Positions 28,023 through 38,126 of a stretch of DNA of 64,000 bases are shown piece by piece (position 1 is the stretch's first letter; each line of letters begins with the position of its first letter). The notes below the pieces were generated by a model. The model ran no database searches. It saw only the letters and a program-made list of their open reading frames with translations, and had not been told where the DNA came from. This DNA is from Candidatus Latescibacterota bacterium (GTDB lineage: Bacteria; Latescibacterota; UBA2968; UBA8231). The DNA lies in contig CBDETK010000013.1 in NCBI GenBank assembly GCA_965242865.1, forward strand, positions 832,001 through 896,000, given 5' to 3'. A program made the translations under genes and the position numbers.

Positions 28023-29915
28023 ATGAAACTCGAGAAAAAGACCCAGCTTTCCATTGCCTACGCCGTTCTCACGCTGCTCCTGCTCCTGAGTCTGCAAAAC
28101 TATTTCGCCAACCCAGTTGAAACGCTTCCGTATAACCAGTTTTTGGCGTTGGTCAAAAGCGGGCAGGTCACGGAGTGTACCTTTAGCGGCGAGTACATCC
28201 ACGGTCGCGCCGGTGTCGATGGCCAAGAGATCAGCTTCCGCACCGCTATTATGGACCATCCCGAGCTCATCGCCTTGCTCGAAGAGCATCAAGTCGAGTT
28301 TACCCGCCGGCCCAGCAACAATTGGTTCACCCAGCTTTTGTCGTGGATTTTGCCCGCGCTGATCTTCGTGGGGATCTGGCTGTTCATCGCCCGGCGCCTG
28401 AGCGGCGGGTCCGGTGGCCTGATGTCCATTGGCAAGAGCAAGGCCAAGGTGTACATGGAGAAGGGCACGGGCATTACCTTCGACGATGTGGCGGGCATTG
28501 ACGAGGCCAAAGAAGAGCTGCTGGAGATCGTCGAGTTTTTGCGTACCCCGGAGCGCTTTCAGGCCCTCGGCGGCCGGATTCCGCGCGGAGTCTTGCTGGT
28601 GGGGTCCCCGGGCACGGGCAAGACCCTGTTGGCCAAGGCCGTGGCCGGCGAGGCGAGCGTGCCCTTTTTCTCGCTCAGCGGCTCGGATTTTGTCGAGATG
28701 TTCGTTGGGGTCGGGGCCGCCCGGGTGCGCGATTTGTTTGAACAGGCCAAAAAACACGCCCCCGCCATCATCTTCATCGACGAGCTCGACGCCTTGGGCA
28801 AGGCCCGGGGGGCCGGCTCTTTTGGCGGCCACGACGAGCGCGAGCAGACGCTCAACCAGCTCCTCACCGAGCTCGATGGCTTTGACACCAACGCCGGGGT
28901 GATCATCATGGCCGCGACCAACCGGCCGGAAATCCTCGACCCGGCCTTGCTGCGCCCCGGCCGCTTCGACCGCACCGTGGCCGTGGACCGGCCCGACGTC
29001 AAGGGGCGCACCGCCATCCTCCAGATTCACGCCAAGGAGGTCAAGCTGGCCCCGGACGTCGATTTGCACAAACTGGCCGTGCGCACGCCGGGTTTTGCCG
29101 GCGCGGACTTGGCCAATGTGGTCAACGAAGCGGCCCTGTTGGCCGCGCGGCGCGATAAAAACTCCATCACCATGGCCGAGTTGGAAGAGGCGGTCGAGCG
29201 GTCGGTGGCCGGGCTGGAGCGCAAAAGCCGGGTGCTCAACGAGAAGGAGCGCCGAATCGTCGCGTACCACGAAGCCGGGCACGCCATCGTCGGCGAGATT
29301 TTGCCCGAAGCCAATCCGGTGCAGAAAATCTCCATTGTATCGCGGGGCATCGCCGCCTTGGGCTACACCCTGAATATGCCGCTGGAAGATCGCTATCTAA
29401 TGACCAAGGAAGAGTTGGAGGATTCCTTGGCGGCGATTTTGGGGGGCCGGGCGGCCGAGGAAATAGTCTTTGGCGAAATATCCACGGGCGCGGCCAACGA
29501 CTTGCAGCAGGCGACGCAAATGGCCGAGCGGATGGTCAAAGAGTTTGGCATGAGCCAGCGCATTGGCTTGGTCGCGCACCGCGCGGACCGCTCGCAACAG
29601 ATGCTGGGCATGATCCCGGCCGATCGCGCGTACAGCGACGAGACGGCCAAGCTCATCGACGAAGAGATCAAGGGCATCATCGGCGCGGGGTACGTGCGGG
29701 CCAAGGCCCTGCTCACCGAGCATCGCCCGGCGCTGGAGGACGTCGTCGAGATCCTCTTTGAAAACGAGGTGATGGACGGCGACCAACTGCGCGACTTGCT
29801 CGCAAAGAATGGGATAGAGCTTCCCCCTAGGCCCCATCAAGAGCAAGAGGCGTCGCCCGCCGCTCCCCAAGCCAACGGCAATGTCCCGCAGTCGGAAGAG
29901 CGCGAAGCCCCCTAG
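28023..29915 (+). CDS. ftsH: ATP-dependent zinc metalloprotease FtsH
   Basis: Two TM helices, [31 protein letters not shown]. Confidence 0.97.
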   Translation: MKLEKKTQLSIAYAVLTLLLLLSLQNYFANPVETLPYNQFLALVKSGQVTECTFSGEYIHGRAGVDGQEISFRTAIMDHPELIALLEEHQVEFTRRPSNNWFTQLLSWILPALIFVGIWLFIARRLSGGSGGLMSIGKSKAKVYMEKGTGITFDDVAGIDEAKEELLEIVEFLRTPERFQALGGRIPRGVLLVGSPGTGKTLLAKAVAGEASVPFFSLSGSDFVEMFVGVGAARVRDLFEQAKKHAPAIIFIDELDALGKARGAGSFGGHDEREQTLNQLLTELDGFDTNAGVIIMAATNRPEILDPALLRPGRFDRTVAVDRPDVKGRTAILQIHAKEVKLAPDVDLHKLAVRTPGFAGADLANVVNEAALLAARRDKNSITMAELEEAVERSVAGLERKSRVLNEKERRIVAYHEAGHAIVGEILPEANPVQKISIVSRGIAALGYTLNMPLEDRYLMTKEELEDSLAAILGGRAAEEIVFGEISTGAANDLQQATQMAERMVKEFGMSQRIGLVAHRADRSQQMLGMIPADRAYSDETAKLIDEEIKGIIGAGYVRAKALLTEHRPALEDVVEILFENEVMDGDQLRDLLAKNGIELPPRPHQEQEASPAAPQANGNVPQSEEREAP

Positions 29916-30021
29916 GCCCGGCTTTTCCCAGCTCCCGCTTCCGCATCCCAATCCTCGCCCCCATTGAATCCGCCTCGTTAGCCGGGGCGGGAATCCAGTC
30001 CTAAATACAGGCAAGAGAGCG

Positions 30022-31260
30022 ATGTTCAGCAGGCTCAGGCGCGTCAAAGGGACCGTGCTCGAACCCTTGGCCAATGGCGATTTTGTGCGCCTGTGGTTGG
30101 CCAATGGCCTGTGGTGGCAGGCCATGTGGATGGAAATGCTGGCGCTGGGCTGGCTGGCTTTGGAGCTGACTAATTCCCCGTGGTGGGTCCAAGTCATCGG
30201 CTTTTACCGAGCGATCCCCCTGCTGATTATGGGGTTGTTCGGCGCGGTGATTACGGACCGCTTTAAGCGGCGCTCCATCGTTTGGACCCTGCAGTTGGTC
30301 AATGTGCTGGGGACGGGGTTGTTGGCGTTGTTGCTCTTTTGCGACCGGCTCGAATTGTGGCATTTGTCGCTGGTGTCGCTGGTGTTGGGCACCTCTTGGG
30401 CGTTGGATTGGCCGACTCGGCGCAGCATGGTGCCCGATCTGGTCGGCAAGGCCCGCACGGTCGATGCCATGGTGCTGGAAAACGTCATTCAGGGGGGGAC
30501 GCGCATTGCTGGCCCCTTAGCGGCGGGCTATGTCACCGCGGCTTATGGCAGCTTGGGTGCCTTATTGGTGTTGGTTGGGCTCGGCACTGTGGCGCTGGTT
30601 TTGTTGGCCGGCCTCAAGACCGATTCCAAGGCGCCCGGTGCGGGTACTTGGGCGGCGGGCTGGGCCGGGCGGCAGGGCTGGGCCAGTATGCGGGCCTCTG
30701 CGCCGATATTCGGGGTCTTTCTCGTCACGATCTTTATGAATGTCTGGGCTTTTCCGTACATGAACTTGCTGCCGGTTTTTGCGCGGGATGTCTTTGGGCG
30801 CGGCCCGGAAGCCATGGGGTGGTTGGGCGCGGCGAGTGGGGGGGGAGCGATTGTGGGCTTGGCCGCGGTCCAACTAAGCCGCAGGAAGCTGAGCAACGAA
30901 TGGCTCTTTGTCGCAGGCTCGTTGCTTTCGTGTGCGGGCGTTGTGGCCTTTGCCGCGAGCGGAACCTTTGGCCTCGCCTTGCTGATGCTGTTTTGCTCTG
31001 GGTTGGGGCAGGCGGGCTTTAGCATTATGCAGAGCAGCATCATCTTGGTGGAATCATCGGACGAGATGCGGAGCCGAGCCATGAGCACCTTGGTCGTGGC
31101 CATTGGCGTCGGCCCTTTTGGCCGCTTGCAGAGTGGGGCGTTGGCCGAGGCTTGGGGAGTGCAGGGGGCGGCGGGCGTTATGGCGGGGTTGGCGGGGTTG
31201 GGGACTGTGGGCGCGGCGGTCTGGGTGCGGGGGTTTTTGGGCAAGAGATCGGTTCATTGA
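30022..31260 (+). CDS. MFS transporter (EntS/MFS_3-like)
   Basis: About 12 TM segments, GAVITDRFKRR motif A, WPTRRSMVPDLV. Confidence 0.88.
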   Translation: MFSRLRRVKGTVLEPLANGDFVRLWLANGLWWQAMWMEMLALGWLALELTNSPWWVQVIGFYRAIPLLIMGLFGAVITDRFKRRSIVWTLQLVNVLGTGLLALLLFCDRLELWHLSLVSLVLGTSWALDWPTRRSMVPDLVGKARTVDAMVLENVIQGGTRIAGPLAAGYVTAAYGSLGALLVLVGLGTVALVLLAGLKTDSKAPGAGTWAAGWAGRQGWASMRASAPIFGVFLVTIFMNVWAFPYMNLLPVFARDVFGRGPEAMGWLGAASGGGAIVGLAAVQLSRRKLSNEWLFVAGSLLSCAGVVAFAASGTFGLALLMLFCSGLGQAGFSIMQSSIILVESSDEMRSRAMSTLVVAIGVGPFGRLQSGALAEAWGVQGAAGVMAGLAGLGTVGAAVWVRGFLGKRSVH

Positions 31261-31286
31261 CGCCGCTCTATCGCGTCCTGTATGTT
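31257..31286 (+). promoter_or_regulatory. Putative sigma70-type promoter of the coiled-coil gene array
   Basis: TTGACG-18 bp-TATGTT; the same element recurs at 34679-34708. Confidence 0.5.
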
Positions 31287-31328
31287 CATAAAACACCCCA
31301 AACCCTCCACGAAAGGAGCGTATTGATT

Positions 31329-31559
31329 ATGGCGACTGTGCCCCCGACGATTGAAGAGCGTTTAGCCCGGCTTGAAGGCGTGTATGACCATCTCGCGTCC
31401 AAAGCCGATCTTGCTGAGTTGAGAGCGGACTTAAAGGATGATATGGCGCGCTTACAGGCCGAGATGGCCGAGCTCAAGGGTAGCGTCAAAATTCTGGTTG
31501 TAGTGATGACTTCGGGTTTAGCTTTACTGAATATCGTTTTGCGCTTTTGGCCCTCGTAA
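31329..31559 (+). CDS. Small coiled-coil protein with C-terminal TM anchor (DUF1640/CCDC90/Bdr-like), copy 1, 76 aa
   Basis: GAAAGGAG RBS; LASKADL motif; hydrophobic tail ILVVVMTSGLALLNIVLRFWPS. Confidence 0.85.
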   Translation: MATVPPTIEERLARLEGVYDHLASKADLAELRADLKDDMARLQAEMAELKGSVKILVVVMTSGLALLNIVLRFWPS

Positions 31560-31643
31560 GCCCATGCCTACGTTGAAAGGGTCATTTCACTGCGTCGCTG
31601 GCGATTGCCGCGACACACCTCCCACGAAAGGAGCGTATCGACT

Positions 31644-31853
31644 ATGGCTACCGTGCCCCCGACGATTGAAGCGCGTCTAGCCCGTCTCGAAAGCGTATAT
31701 GACCATCTTGCGTCCAAAGCCGACCTTGCGCGAGTTGAGAGCGACCTTAAAGCCGAACTTGCCGAACTCAAGGGTAGCATCAAAGTTCTGGTTGTAGTGA
31801 TGACTTCGGGTTTAGCTTTACTGAATATCGTTTTGCGCTTTTGGCCCTCGTAA
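31644..31853 (+). CDS. Small coiled-coil/TM protein, copy 2, 69 aa
   Basis: Paralog of 31329 with the same RBS and tail. Confidence 0.85.
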   Translation: MATVPPTIEARLARLESVYDHLASKADLARVESDLKAELAELKGSIKVLVVVMTSGLALLNIVLRFWPS

Positions 31854-31937
31854 GCCCATGCCTACGTTGAAAGGGTCATTCCACTGCGTCGCTGGCGATT
31901 GCCGCGACACACCTCCCACGAAAGGAGCGTATCGATT

Positions 31938-32222
31938 ATGGCGACTGTGCCCCCAACGATTGAAGCGCGTCTAGCCCGTCTTGAAGGCGTATATGACCAT
32001 CTCGCGTCCAAGGCCGATCTTGCCGCGTTGAGAGCCATCTTAAAGGATGATATTGCGCGCTTACAGGCCGAGATTACGCGGGTTGAGAGCAGTCTCAAGG
32101 ACGATATTGCGCGCTTGCAGGCCGAGATGGCCGAGCTCAAGGGTAGCGTCAAAATCCTGGTTGTAGTGATGACTTCGGGTTTAGCCCTCCTGAATATCGT
32201 TTTGCGTTTCTGGCCCTCGTAA
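31938..32222 (+). CDS. Small coiled-coil/TM protein, copy 3, 94 aa
   Basis: Paralog with a duplicated LKDDIARLQAE segment. Confidence 0.85.
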   Translation: MATVPPTIEARLARLEGVYDHLASKADLAALRAILKDDIARLQAEITRVESSLKDDIARLQAEMAELKGSVKILVVVMTSGLALLNIVLRFWPS

Positions 32223-32306
32223 GCTCATGCCTACGCTAAAAAGGCCATTCCACTGCGTCGCTGGCGATTGCCGCGACACACCTCCCACGAAAGGAGCGTA
32301 TCGATT

Positions 32307-32582
32307 ATGGCTACCGTGCCCCCGACGATTGAAGAGCGTCTAGCCCGTCTCGAAGGCGTGTACGATCACCTCGCGTCCAAGGCCGATCTTGCGGAGTTGA
32401 GAGCGGACTTAAAGGATGATATGGCGCGGATTGAGAGAGACCTTAAAGCCGATCTTGCGCGGGTTGAGAGCGACCTTAAAGCCGAGCTTGCCGAACTCAA
32501 GGGGAGTATCAAAGTTCTGCTGGTAGTGATGACTTCGGGTTTAGCCCTCCTAAATATCGTTTTGCGGTTCTGGCCTTCGTAG
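32307..32582 (+). CDS. Small coiled-coil/TM protein, copy 4, 91 aa
   Basis: Paralog with two extra 11-aa units relative to copy 2. Confidence 0.85.
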   Translation: MATVPPTIEERLARLEGVYDHLASKADLAELRADLKDDMARIERDLKADLARVESDLKAELAELKGSIKVLLVVMTSGLALLNIVLRFWPS

Positions 32583-32630
32583 GCCCGTGTTTCAGTTAAA
32601 AAGGTAATTCAAGGAGGGCGAGCTAAAAGG

Positions 32631-32669
32631 CAACCAGCCCCGCCGATATGGTCTCGGCGGGGCTGGTTG
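32631..32669. terminator. Strong hairpin between convergent genes
   Basis: CAACCAGCCCCGCCGA / TCGGCGGGGCTGGTTG, 16-bp perfect stem. Confidence 0.65.
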
Positions 32670-32765
32670 GTGTACAGGACGGACGCGGGCTTTCTTAGGC
32701 GTGGCGTCAGGACCGGGGGTGATGGGCGCGGCGACGCAACGAAACCACCCATCCGCGCTGCCGCT

Positions 32766-34586
32766 TTACCGACAGCTTCCCAGAAGCTCCATCACGTAAA
32801 TCTCCTGATTGTCCCAATCGCCATCGCGATCAGACACAAAGGCTATTTTTCGTCCGTCGGGCGACCAAGCGGGGTCTCCGTCGTGTGCTTTGTTGTCGGT
32901 CAGTCGGTAATCGTTAGAGCCGTCCGCATCTATTACATGAATATCAGCAGCCCCGCCGGCGGTGCCGAAGCAAATCCCCGGCTCATTATAGGCGATCTGC
33001 TTTCCGTCGGGTGACCAAGTGGGATTTTCTCCACAGGAGGTTAGCTCGCGCACATTAGAGCCATCGGCATCCATCACGTAAAGAGAGGCCCCGGCTCCAT
33101 TATAGGCGATCTGTGTTCCGTCGGGTGACCAAGCAGGAGTGCCGGAAGAGTTGCTGTTGGTCAACCGGCGTAGGTATTCATCTTCGCCGTCAGCATCCAT
33201 CACGTAAATGTCCGTATAGAAGAGCCAATCGTCACCGCCGCCACGACCAGACACAAAGGCGATCTGTGTTCCGTCGGGTGACCAAGCGGGCTCTCCGTCA
33301 TATTCGCTGTTGTTGGTCAGCCTATGCTCCGTATCCGTCTCCGTATCGAACAAATAAATATCACGATTGCCATCGCGCAGGGAGTCGAAAGCGAAATACC
33401 GTCCATTGGGTGACCAAACGAAATTTGCGATGGATTTGAACCCTTGACTTATGTCGTAAGAGCCATACCAGTTCGCCTCCGTTGCCACGAAGCGCATAGC
33501 AGAATCGCCGTCAACCTCAGCATTGAAATAGATATACTGTCCACTGGGCGACCAAACGGGATTTGCGCTATATGCTGCAACCCCAACATCCTCAGTCAGT
33601 CGGCGTATCGGCCCAGTCACCCAGTTCACTCGCGTTGCCGTTTGCCCGATCCCCGTCGGCAGGGACGCATCCGACGAATTTGCGAGATAGGTCATAATCG
33701 CCAGTAAGTCGTCGAGATTGACCTGCCCATCGTCGGTGACGTCGCCTAAGCCGATATTGCCGTTGTTTGGAGCCACAATGGACGGGTCGAGATTGAACAC
33801 CACCACCAGTAGCGCGTCGCCTAAGTCAACTCGTCCGTCGTTGTTCACATCGCCTAACATACCGCAGGTCAACGCTTTACCCCTCGGCAACTCCTCGACC
33901 GATTGAACCACGAACTCCACCGGCCCCATCTCCGCCCGCACCGCAAAGGCCGCATCCACGTAGGGCACCACGCCCGCGCCCGAAACGACGATACCATAAG
34001 TCCGCTCGGTCGGTTCGGAGGGCGCACTGACCGCCGCGCCAGCCGCTGCCGAAACCGCCGCCGTCCCAGCCTGCCCGTCCACCAGCACCAGCCGCCGCGT
34101 CAACTCCACGCCCGCGCCGCGCAGCCGATAGATGTACACGCCAGCCGCCACAGCCTGCCCGGCCGTATCGGTCGCGTCCCACCGCGCCGCGTGCAAACCG
34201 GCCGGCCGCTCTTCGTCGACCAGCGTTGCCACGCGCTGGCCCAACACGTTGAACACCTCCAGCCGCATGTGCGTCGCCGTGGGGAGCTGATAGGGAATAA
34301 TCGTCGAGGGATTGAACGGATTGGGATAATTCTGCCCCAGCGCAAACCCCTGCGGCACCACGGGGCCGCCCAACGCCGCCAGCGGCAGCGCGAAATGCCC
34401 GTCCGCATCGGTCGTCACCTGCGCCACCGGGCCGCGCTGCAACGCCGCCAAATCGAAAATCATCACTTGGGCGGCGGCCACCACTTCACCCGAAGAAAGG
34501 CGCACTCGCCCCTCTACCAGCGGCTCGGCGGCTAGAGGGGACGCCAACACCAGCCCGACGAACGCGACGATGGATGCTTTTTGCAT
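32766..34586 (-). CDS. Secreted multidomain protein: FlgD-Ig/T9SS-type sorting domain near the N-terminus, dockerin-like EF-hand pair, TolB-like PD40 propeller
   Basis: Signal peptide; QNYPNPFNPST...GVYIYRL; GDVNNDGRVDLGD / GDVTDDGQVNLDD; repeated PAWSPDGTQIAF. Confidence 0.88.
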   Translation of the reverse strand: MQKASIVAFVGLVLASPLAAEPLVEGRVRLSSGEVVAAAQVMIFDLAALQRGPVAQVTTDADGHFALPLAALGGPVVPQGFALGQNYPNPFNPSTIIPYQLPTATHMRLEVFNVLGQRVATLVDEERPAGLHAARWDATDTAGQAVAAGVYIYRLRGAGVELTRRLVLVDGQAGTAAVSAAAGAAVSAPSEPTERTYGIVVSGAGVVPYVDAAFAVRAEMGPVEFVVQSVEELPRGKALTCGMLGDVNNDGRVDLGDALLVVVFNLDPSIVAPNNGNIGLGDVTDDGQVNLDDLLAIMTYLANSSDASLPTGIGQTATRVNWVTGPIRRLTEDVGVAAYSANPVWSPSGQYIYFNAEVDGDSAMRFVATEANWYGSYDISQGFKSIANFVWSPNGRYFAFDSLRDGNRDIYLFDTETDTEHRLTNNSEYDGEPAWSPDGTQIAFVSGRGGGDDWLFYTDIYVMDADGEDEYLRRLTNSNSSGTPAWSPDGTQIAYNGAGASLYVMDADGSNVRELTSCGENPTWSPDGKQIAYNEPGICFGTAGGAADIHVIDADGSNDYRLTDNKAHDGDPAWSPDGRKIAFVSDRDGDWDNQEIYVMELLGSCR

Positions 34587-34674
34587 CGTTAAAACTCCTT
34601 GAGATGTAGGGAAAGTTAAAGGATTGACCGCGTTAGGTTAAGGCGATTTTAGACCGCAAGCAAGAAGTCGAGTT

Positions 34675-34774
34675 TTCATTGACGCCGCTCTATTTCGTCG
34701 TATATGTTCATACAAGTACAAGCACACCCCAAACCAACCGAAATCGTTTTGCGGTTCTGGCCCTCGTAGGCCCG
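34675..34774 (+). pseudogene. Collapsed remnant of a coiled-coil array unit (promoter plus last codons)
   Basis: TTCATTGACGCCGCTCTAT...TATGTTCATA...ACACCCCAAACC matches 31253-31304; ATCGTTTTGCGGTTCTGGCCCTCGTAGGCCCG matches 32556-32587. Confidence 0.75.
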
Positions 34775-34799
34775 AATAACAGGATAACAGGAGAATGAC

Positions 34800-36089
34800 A
34801 TGTCTTTGTTTAGCGACGCCAGCCAGCGGCTGGATGAAGCACTTGCGTACGCGTCTATTTCCGAGGACGCGATCGAGCGGCTCAAGTTGCCCAAATCGAG
34901 TTTGAAAGTCTCCATCCCGGTGCGGATGGACGACGGGGCGTTGCGCATTTTTCCGGGCTATCGAGTGCGCTACGACGACACCCGCGGCCCCACCAAAGGC
35001 GGCATCCGCTACCACCCAGACGTGTCCAGCGACGAGGTGCAGTCCTTGGCCTTTTGGATGACCTTCAAATGCGCGGTCGCCAATTTGCCCTTTGGCGGCG
35101 GCAAGGGCGGCATCACGGTCAATCCCAAGGAACTGTCCCATTTTGAGCTGGAGCGACTCAGCCGGGGCTACATCGACGCCATGGCCGACTTCATCGGCCC
35201 GGACATCGACATTCCGGCCCCGGACGTCTATACCAATCAGATGATCATGGGTTGGATGGTGGATGAGTACAGCATTATCAAGCGGCAGATCACGCCCGCA
35301 GTCATCACCGGCAAGCCCCTGACCATGGGGGGGAGTCTCGGGCGCGATACAGCGACCGCGATGGGGGCCTTTTTCACCATTGAGGCCACTTGGCCCAAGC
35401 TCGGATTTAGAGGATCGCCGGCCGCCACAACTGTGGCCGTACAAGGGTTTGGCAATGCCGGGGCCATCGTCGCCGAGTTGCTCTTCAATGCGGGGTATAA
35501 GATCGTGGCCGTAAGTGACTCCAAAGGAGGCATTTACCGGCGCGAAGGGCTCGACATCCCCAGCGTGCGCCAGTTCAAGGATTCGACCCGCACCCTCAAG
35601 GCGGTGTACTGCGAGGATACGGTGTGCAGCATCGTCGAGCACGAGACCATCACCAACGAGGAGTTGCTCGCGCTCGACGTCGATATTTTGGCGCCAGCGG
35701 CCTTGGAAAACCAGATCACCGAGGCCAACGCCCGCGGCATTCGGGCCAAGGCGGTGTACGAACTGGCCAACGGCCCCACCACATCGGGGGCCGACGAGAT
35801 TTTGCGGCAGCGGGACGTGGTCGTATTTCCCGACATCTTGGTCAACGCCGGCGGCGTGACCGTGAGCTATTTCGAGTGGGTGCAGAACCGCCAAGGTCTG
35901 TACTGGACCTTAGATGAGGTCAACGAGCGGCTCAAGCAGAAAATGGTCGCGGAGTCCGAGCACATCTGGGCCATTGCCCAAGCGCAGGGCATTGCGCCGC
36001 GCACGGCCGCGTACGTCCACGCCTTAAACCGAATCGGCGACGCCGTGCAAGCCAAGGGGACCAAAGAGTACTTCGTCGATGGGGCGTGA
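34800..36089 (+). CDS. gdhA: Glu/Leu/Phe/Val dehydrogenase (glutamate dehydrogenase)
   Basis: GPTKGGIRYHP, PFGGGKGG, DIPAPD, ITGKP, QGFGNAG, NAGGVTVSYFEWVQN. Confidence 0.93.
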   Translation: MSLFSDASQRLDEALAYASISEDAIERLKLPKSSLKVSIPVRMDDGALRIFPGYRVRYDDTRGPTKGGIRYHPDVSSDEVQSLAFWMTFKCAVANLPFGGGKGGITVNPKELSHFELERLSRGYIDAMADFIGPDIDIPAPDVYTNQMIMGWMVDEYSIIKRQITPAVITGKPLTMGGSLGRDTATAMGAFFTIEATWPKLGFRGSPAATTVAVQGFGNAGAIVAELLFNAGYKIVAVSDSKGGIYRREGLDIPSVRQFKDSTRTLKAVYCEDTVCSIVEHETITNEELLALDVDILAPAALENQITEANARGIRAKAVYELANGPTTSGADEILRQRDVVVFPDILVNAGGVTVSYFEWVQNRQGLYWTLDEVNERLKQKMVAESEHIWAIAQAQGIAPRTAAYVHALNRIGDAVQAKGTKEYFVDGA

Positions 36090-36159
36090 TCCGGCTGAAT
36101 TGACGTTAGGCGGGACGGCGGCTATATTGCGCAAAACTCAGCAAGACACAGGAGACCCG

Positions 36160-36924
36160 ATGCCTACTTCAGCGATTGGCGCCCAGTTGTTTACGGTGCG
36201 CGACTATGCCAAAACCCCAGACGACATTCGCCAGACCTTCGCCAAGGTGCGCGCGCTCGGGTACGAGGCGGTGCAAGCCTCGGCCCTAGGGGCGATCGCA
36301 CCGGCCGAACTCGCCGCAATAAGCCAAGCCGAAGGGGTGCAGATCGCGGCCACGCATACCAGCTACCAGCGCATCTGCGCCGAACCACAAGCCGTCGTCG
36401 AGGAGCACCAGCTATGGGGGTGCCGCCACGTGGCCATCGGCGGCTTGCCCCAGGAATACCGGCACCGCGAGGGCTTTGTGCGCTTTGCGGCCGAGGCTTC
36501 GGAGGCCGCGCGGCCCCTCATCGACGCCGGCCTGACCTTTAGCTACCACAACCACAGCTTTGAGCTGGAGCGCTTTGCCGGGCGCACCGGGTTGGACATC
36601 CTCCGCGAGGAGAGCGACCCGGCCGTCTTTTCCTTTGAAATAGACACCTATTGGATCCAACACGGCGGCGGCAACCCGGCCTCGTGGTTGGACAAGTTCC
36701 GCGACCGCATGCACCTCGTCCACCTCAAAGACCTGAGCATGGACGGTGCGCGGCAATGCTTTGCCGAAGTCGGGGAGGGGAACTTGGAGTGGGGGCCTAT
36801 TCTCGCGGCCTGCAAAAGAGCGCAGATCGACTGGTACTTGGTCGAACAAGACACCTGCCCCGGCGACCCCTTTGCCAGCTTGGGCCTGAGCTTGCGCAAC
36901 CTGCGGGCCATGGGGTTGGATTAG
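36160..36924 (+). CDS. Sugar phosphate isomerase/epimerase (xylose-isomerase-like TIM barrel)
   Basis: AQLFTVR, YHNHSFE, EIDTYW, HLKD, VGEGNL, VEQD. Confidence 0.9.
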   Translation: MPTSAIGAQLFTVRDYAKTPDDIRQTFAKVRALGYEAVQASALGAIAPAELAAISQAEGVQIAATHTSYQRICAEPQAVVEEHQLWGCRHVAIGGLPQEYRHREGFVRFAAEASEAARPLIDAGLTFSYHNHSFELERFAGRTGLDILREESDPAVFSFEIDTYWIQHGGGNPASWLDKFRDRMHLVHLKDLSMDGARQCFAEVGEGNLEWGPILAACKRAQIDWYLVEQDTCPGDPFASLGLSLRNLRAMGLD

Positions 36925-36933
36925 GAGGAAATC

Positions 36934-38115
36934 ATGCAGGAAATGCTCGTTCCTTGGGCCGCTTGGTACGGCGAGGCCCCGTTCAAAATGCAATTTCCCG
37001 ACCATTGGGACGTGGCGGTTCACCGCATGCGCGGCGGGCCGGACATCGGCGACGCCGGCATTCGTCGGGCACTGCAAGAGGCCATTGGCGCTCCGCCGCT
37101 GCGCGAATTTGCCCGCGGCCGGTCTTCGGCCGCCATCTTGATCGACGACCTGTCGCGCCCCACGCCGGCGTTTCGGCTGTTGCCGTACGTGCTCGAAGAG
37201 CTGGCGGCAGCCGGGATTGGGGCCGACGCCGTAAAAATTATCTGCGCGCTGGCCGCTCACCGCCCCATGACCCGCGACGACTTGGTCAAGAAGGTCGGGT
37301 TGGACATCGTCGAGACGATGCAGGTGTTCAACCACAACGCCTACGAGAACTTGGAGTTTTTGGGCTACTCCAGCCGCGGCATCCCGATTTGGGTCAACCG
37401 CGACATGACCTCCTGCGAGGTCCGCATTGCCTTGGGGATGATCACGCCGCGCGGCGGCATGTTCGGCGGCGGGGCCAAATTGCTCATTCCCGGGGCTTGT
37501 GGGCAGCAGACGATTTTGCTCAACCACCGCCACGTTCACGAAAATTTTCGCGCCCACCTGTCCGAGGTGGCGAGGATGGCTGGGGTGCGCTATATCGTCA
37601 ATCCGCTGCTCAACGAGGACTTGGAGATCTCGGGCTTGGTCGCTGGGGACACGGATGCGGCCTTTGAGCGGGGCTGCGAGTTGGGGCGCGTCCAGTACGC
37701 AACCTCCGTGCCCGACGCCTTTGACATTGGGGTGTTCAATGCCTTCCCCAAGGATACGGAGTTGTGCCAAGCCGGGTTGGCCATGACGCCGTTGGGCGGA
37801 ACCGAGAAAACCCCCTTCAAGGAAAACTCGACTACGGTCATGTGCTCGGCTAGCCCGGAGGGGCTGGGCTGGCACTCGGTGTTGGGGCCGGGCACGGCGT
37901 TGCGGGGAAAGCCCGGCCGCCCGGCCCGCCGCACCATCTTGTTTTCGCCGAACATCAACAAATGGGATGCGGCCTTGCTCTTTGGCGAAGGGGTCATTTT
38001 CTGCAAGACTTGGGAGGCCGTATTGAGCGAATTGGAAAAACACCACGGGGCCGGTGCGAAAGCATCGGTCTTTCCGGCGGGTGCGCTGCAACGGGCCGCC
38101 GATGCCAGCTACTAA
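36934..38115 (+). CDS. Lactate racemase (LarA/DUF2088) domain protein
   Basis: DDLSRP, AHRP, GGGAKLLIPG, NH. Confidence 0.8.
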   Translation: MQEMLVPWAAWYGEAPFKMQFPDHWDVAVHRMRGGPDIGDAGIRRALQEAIGAPPLREFARGRSSAAILIDDLSRPTPAFRLLPYVLEELAAAGIGADAVKIICALAAHRPMTRDDLVKKVGLDIVETMQVFNHNAYENLEFLGYSSRGIPIWVNRDMTSCEVRIALGMITPRGGMFGGGAKLLIPGACGQQTILLNHRHVHENFRAHLSEVARMAGVRYIVNPLLNEDLEISGLVAGDTDAAFERGCELGRVQYATSVPDAFDIGVFNAFPKDTELCQAGLAMTPLGGTEKTPFKENSTTVMCSASPEGLGWHSVLGPGTALRGKPGRPARRTILFSPNINKWDAALLFGEGVIFCKTWEAVLSELEKHHGAGAKASVFPAGALQRAADASY

Positions 38116-38126
38116 GAGGAGAAAAC

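Noticed and set aside
28005-29282. 425-aa minus-strand ORF
   Set aside because: Antisense shadow of ftsH.
31560-32306. Array spacers as CRISPR repeats, integron attC sites or type I toxin-antitoxin units
   Set aside because: The intervening sequences are paralogous genes rather than unique spacers or cassettes; there is no integrase or attC R-box pattern and no visible antisense RNA evidence.
34638-35894. 418-aa ORF antisense to the Glu dehydrogenase gene
   Set aside because: Shadow frame with no recognisable motifs.
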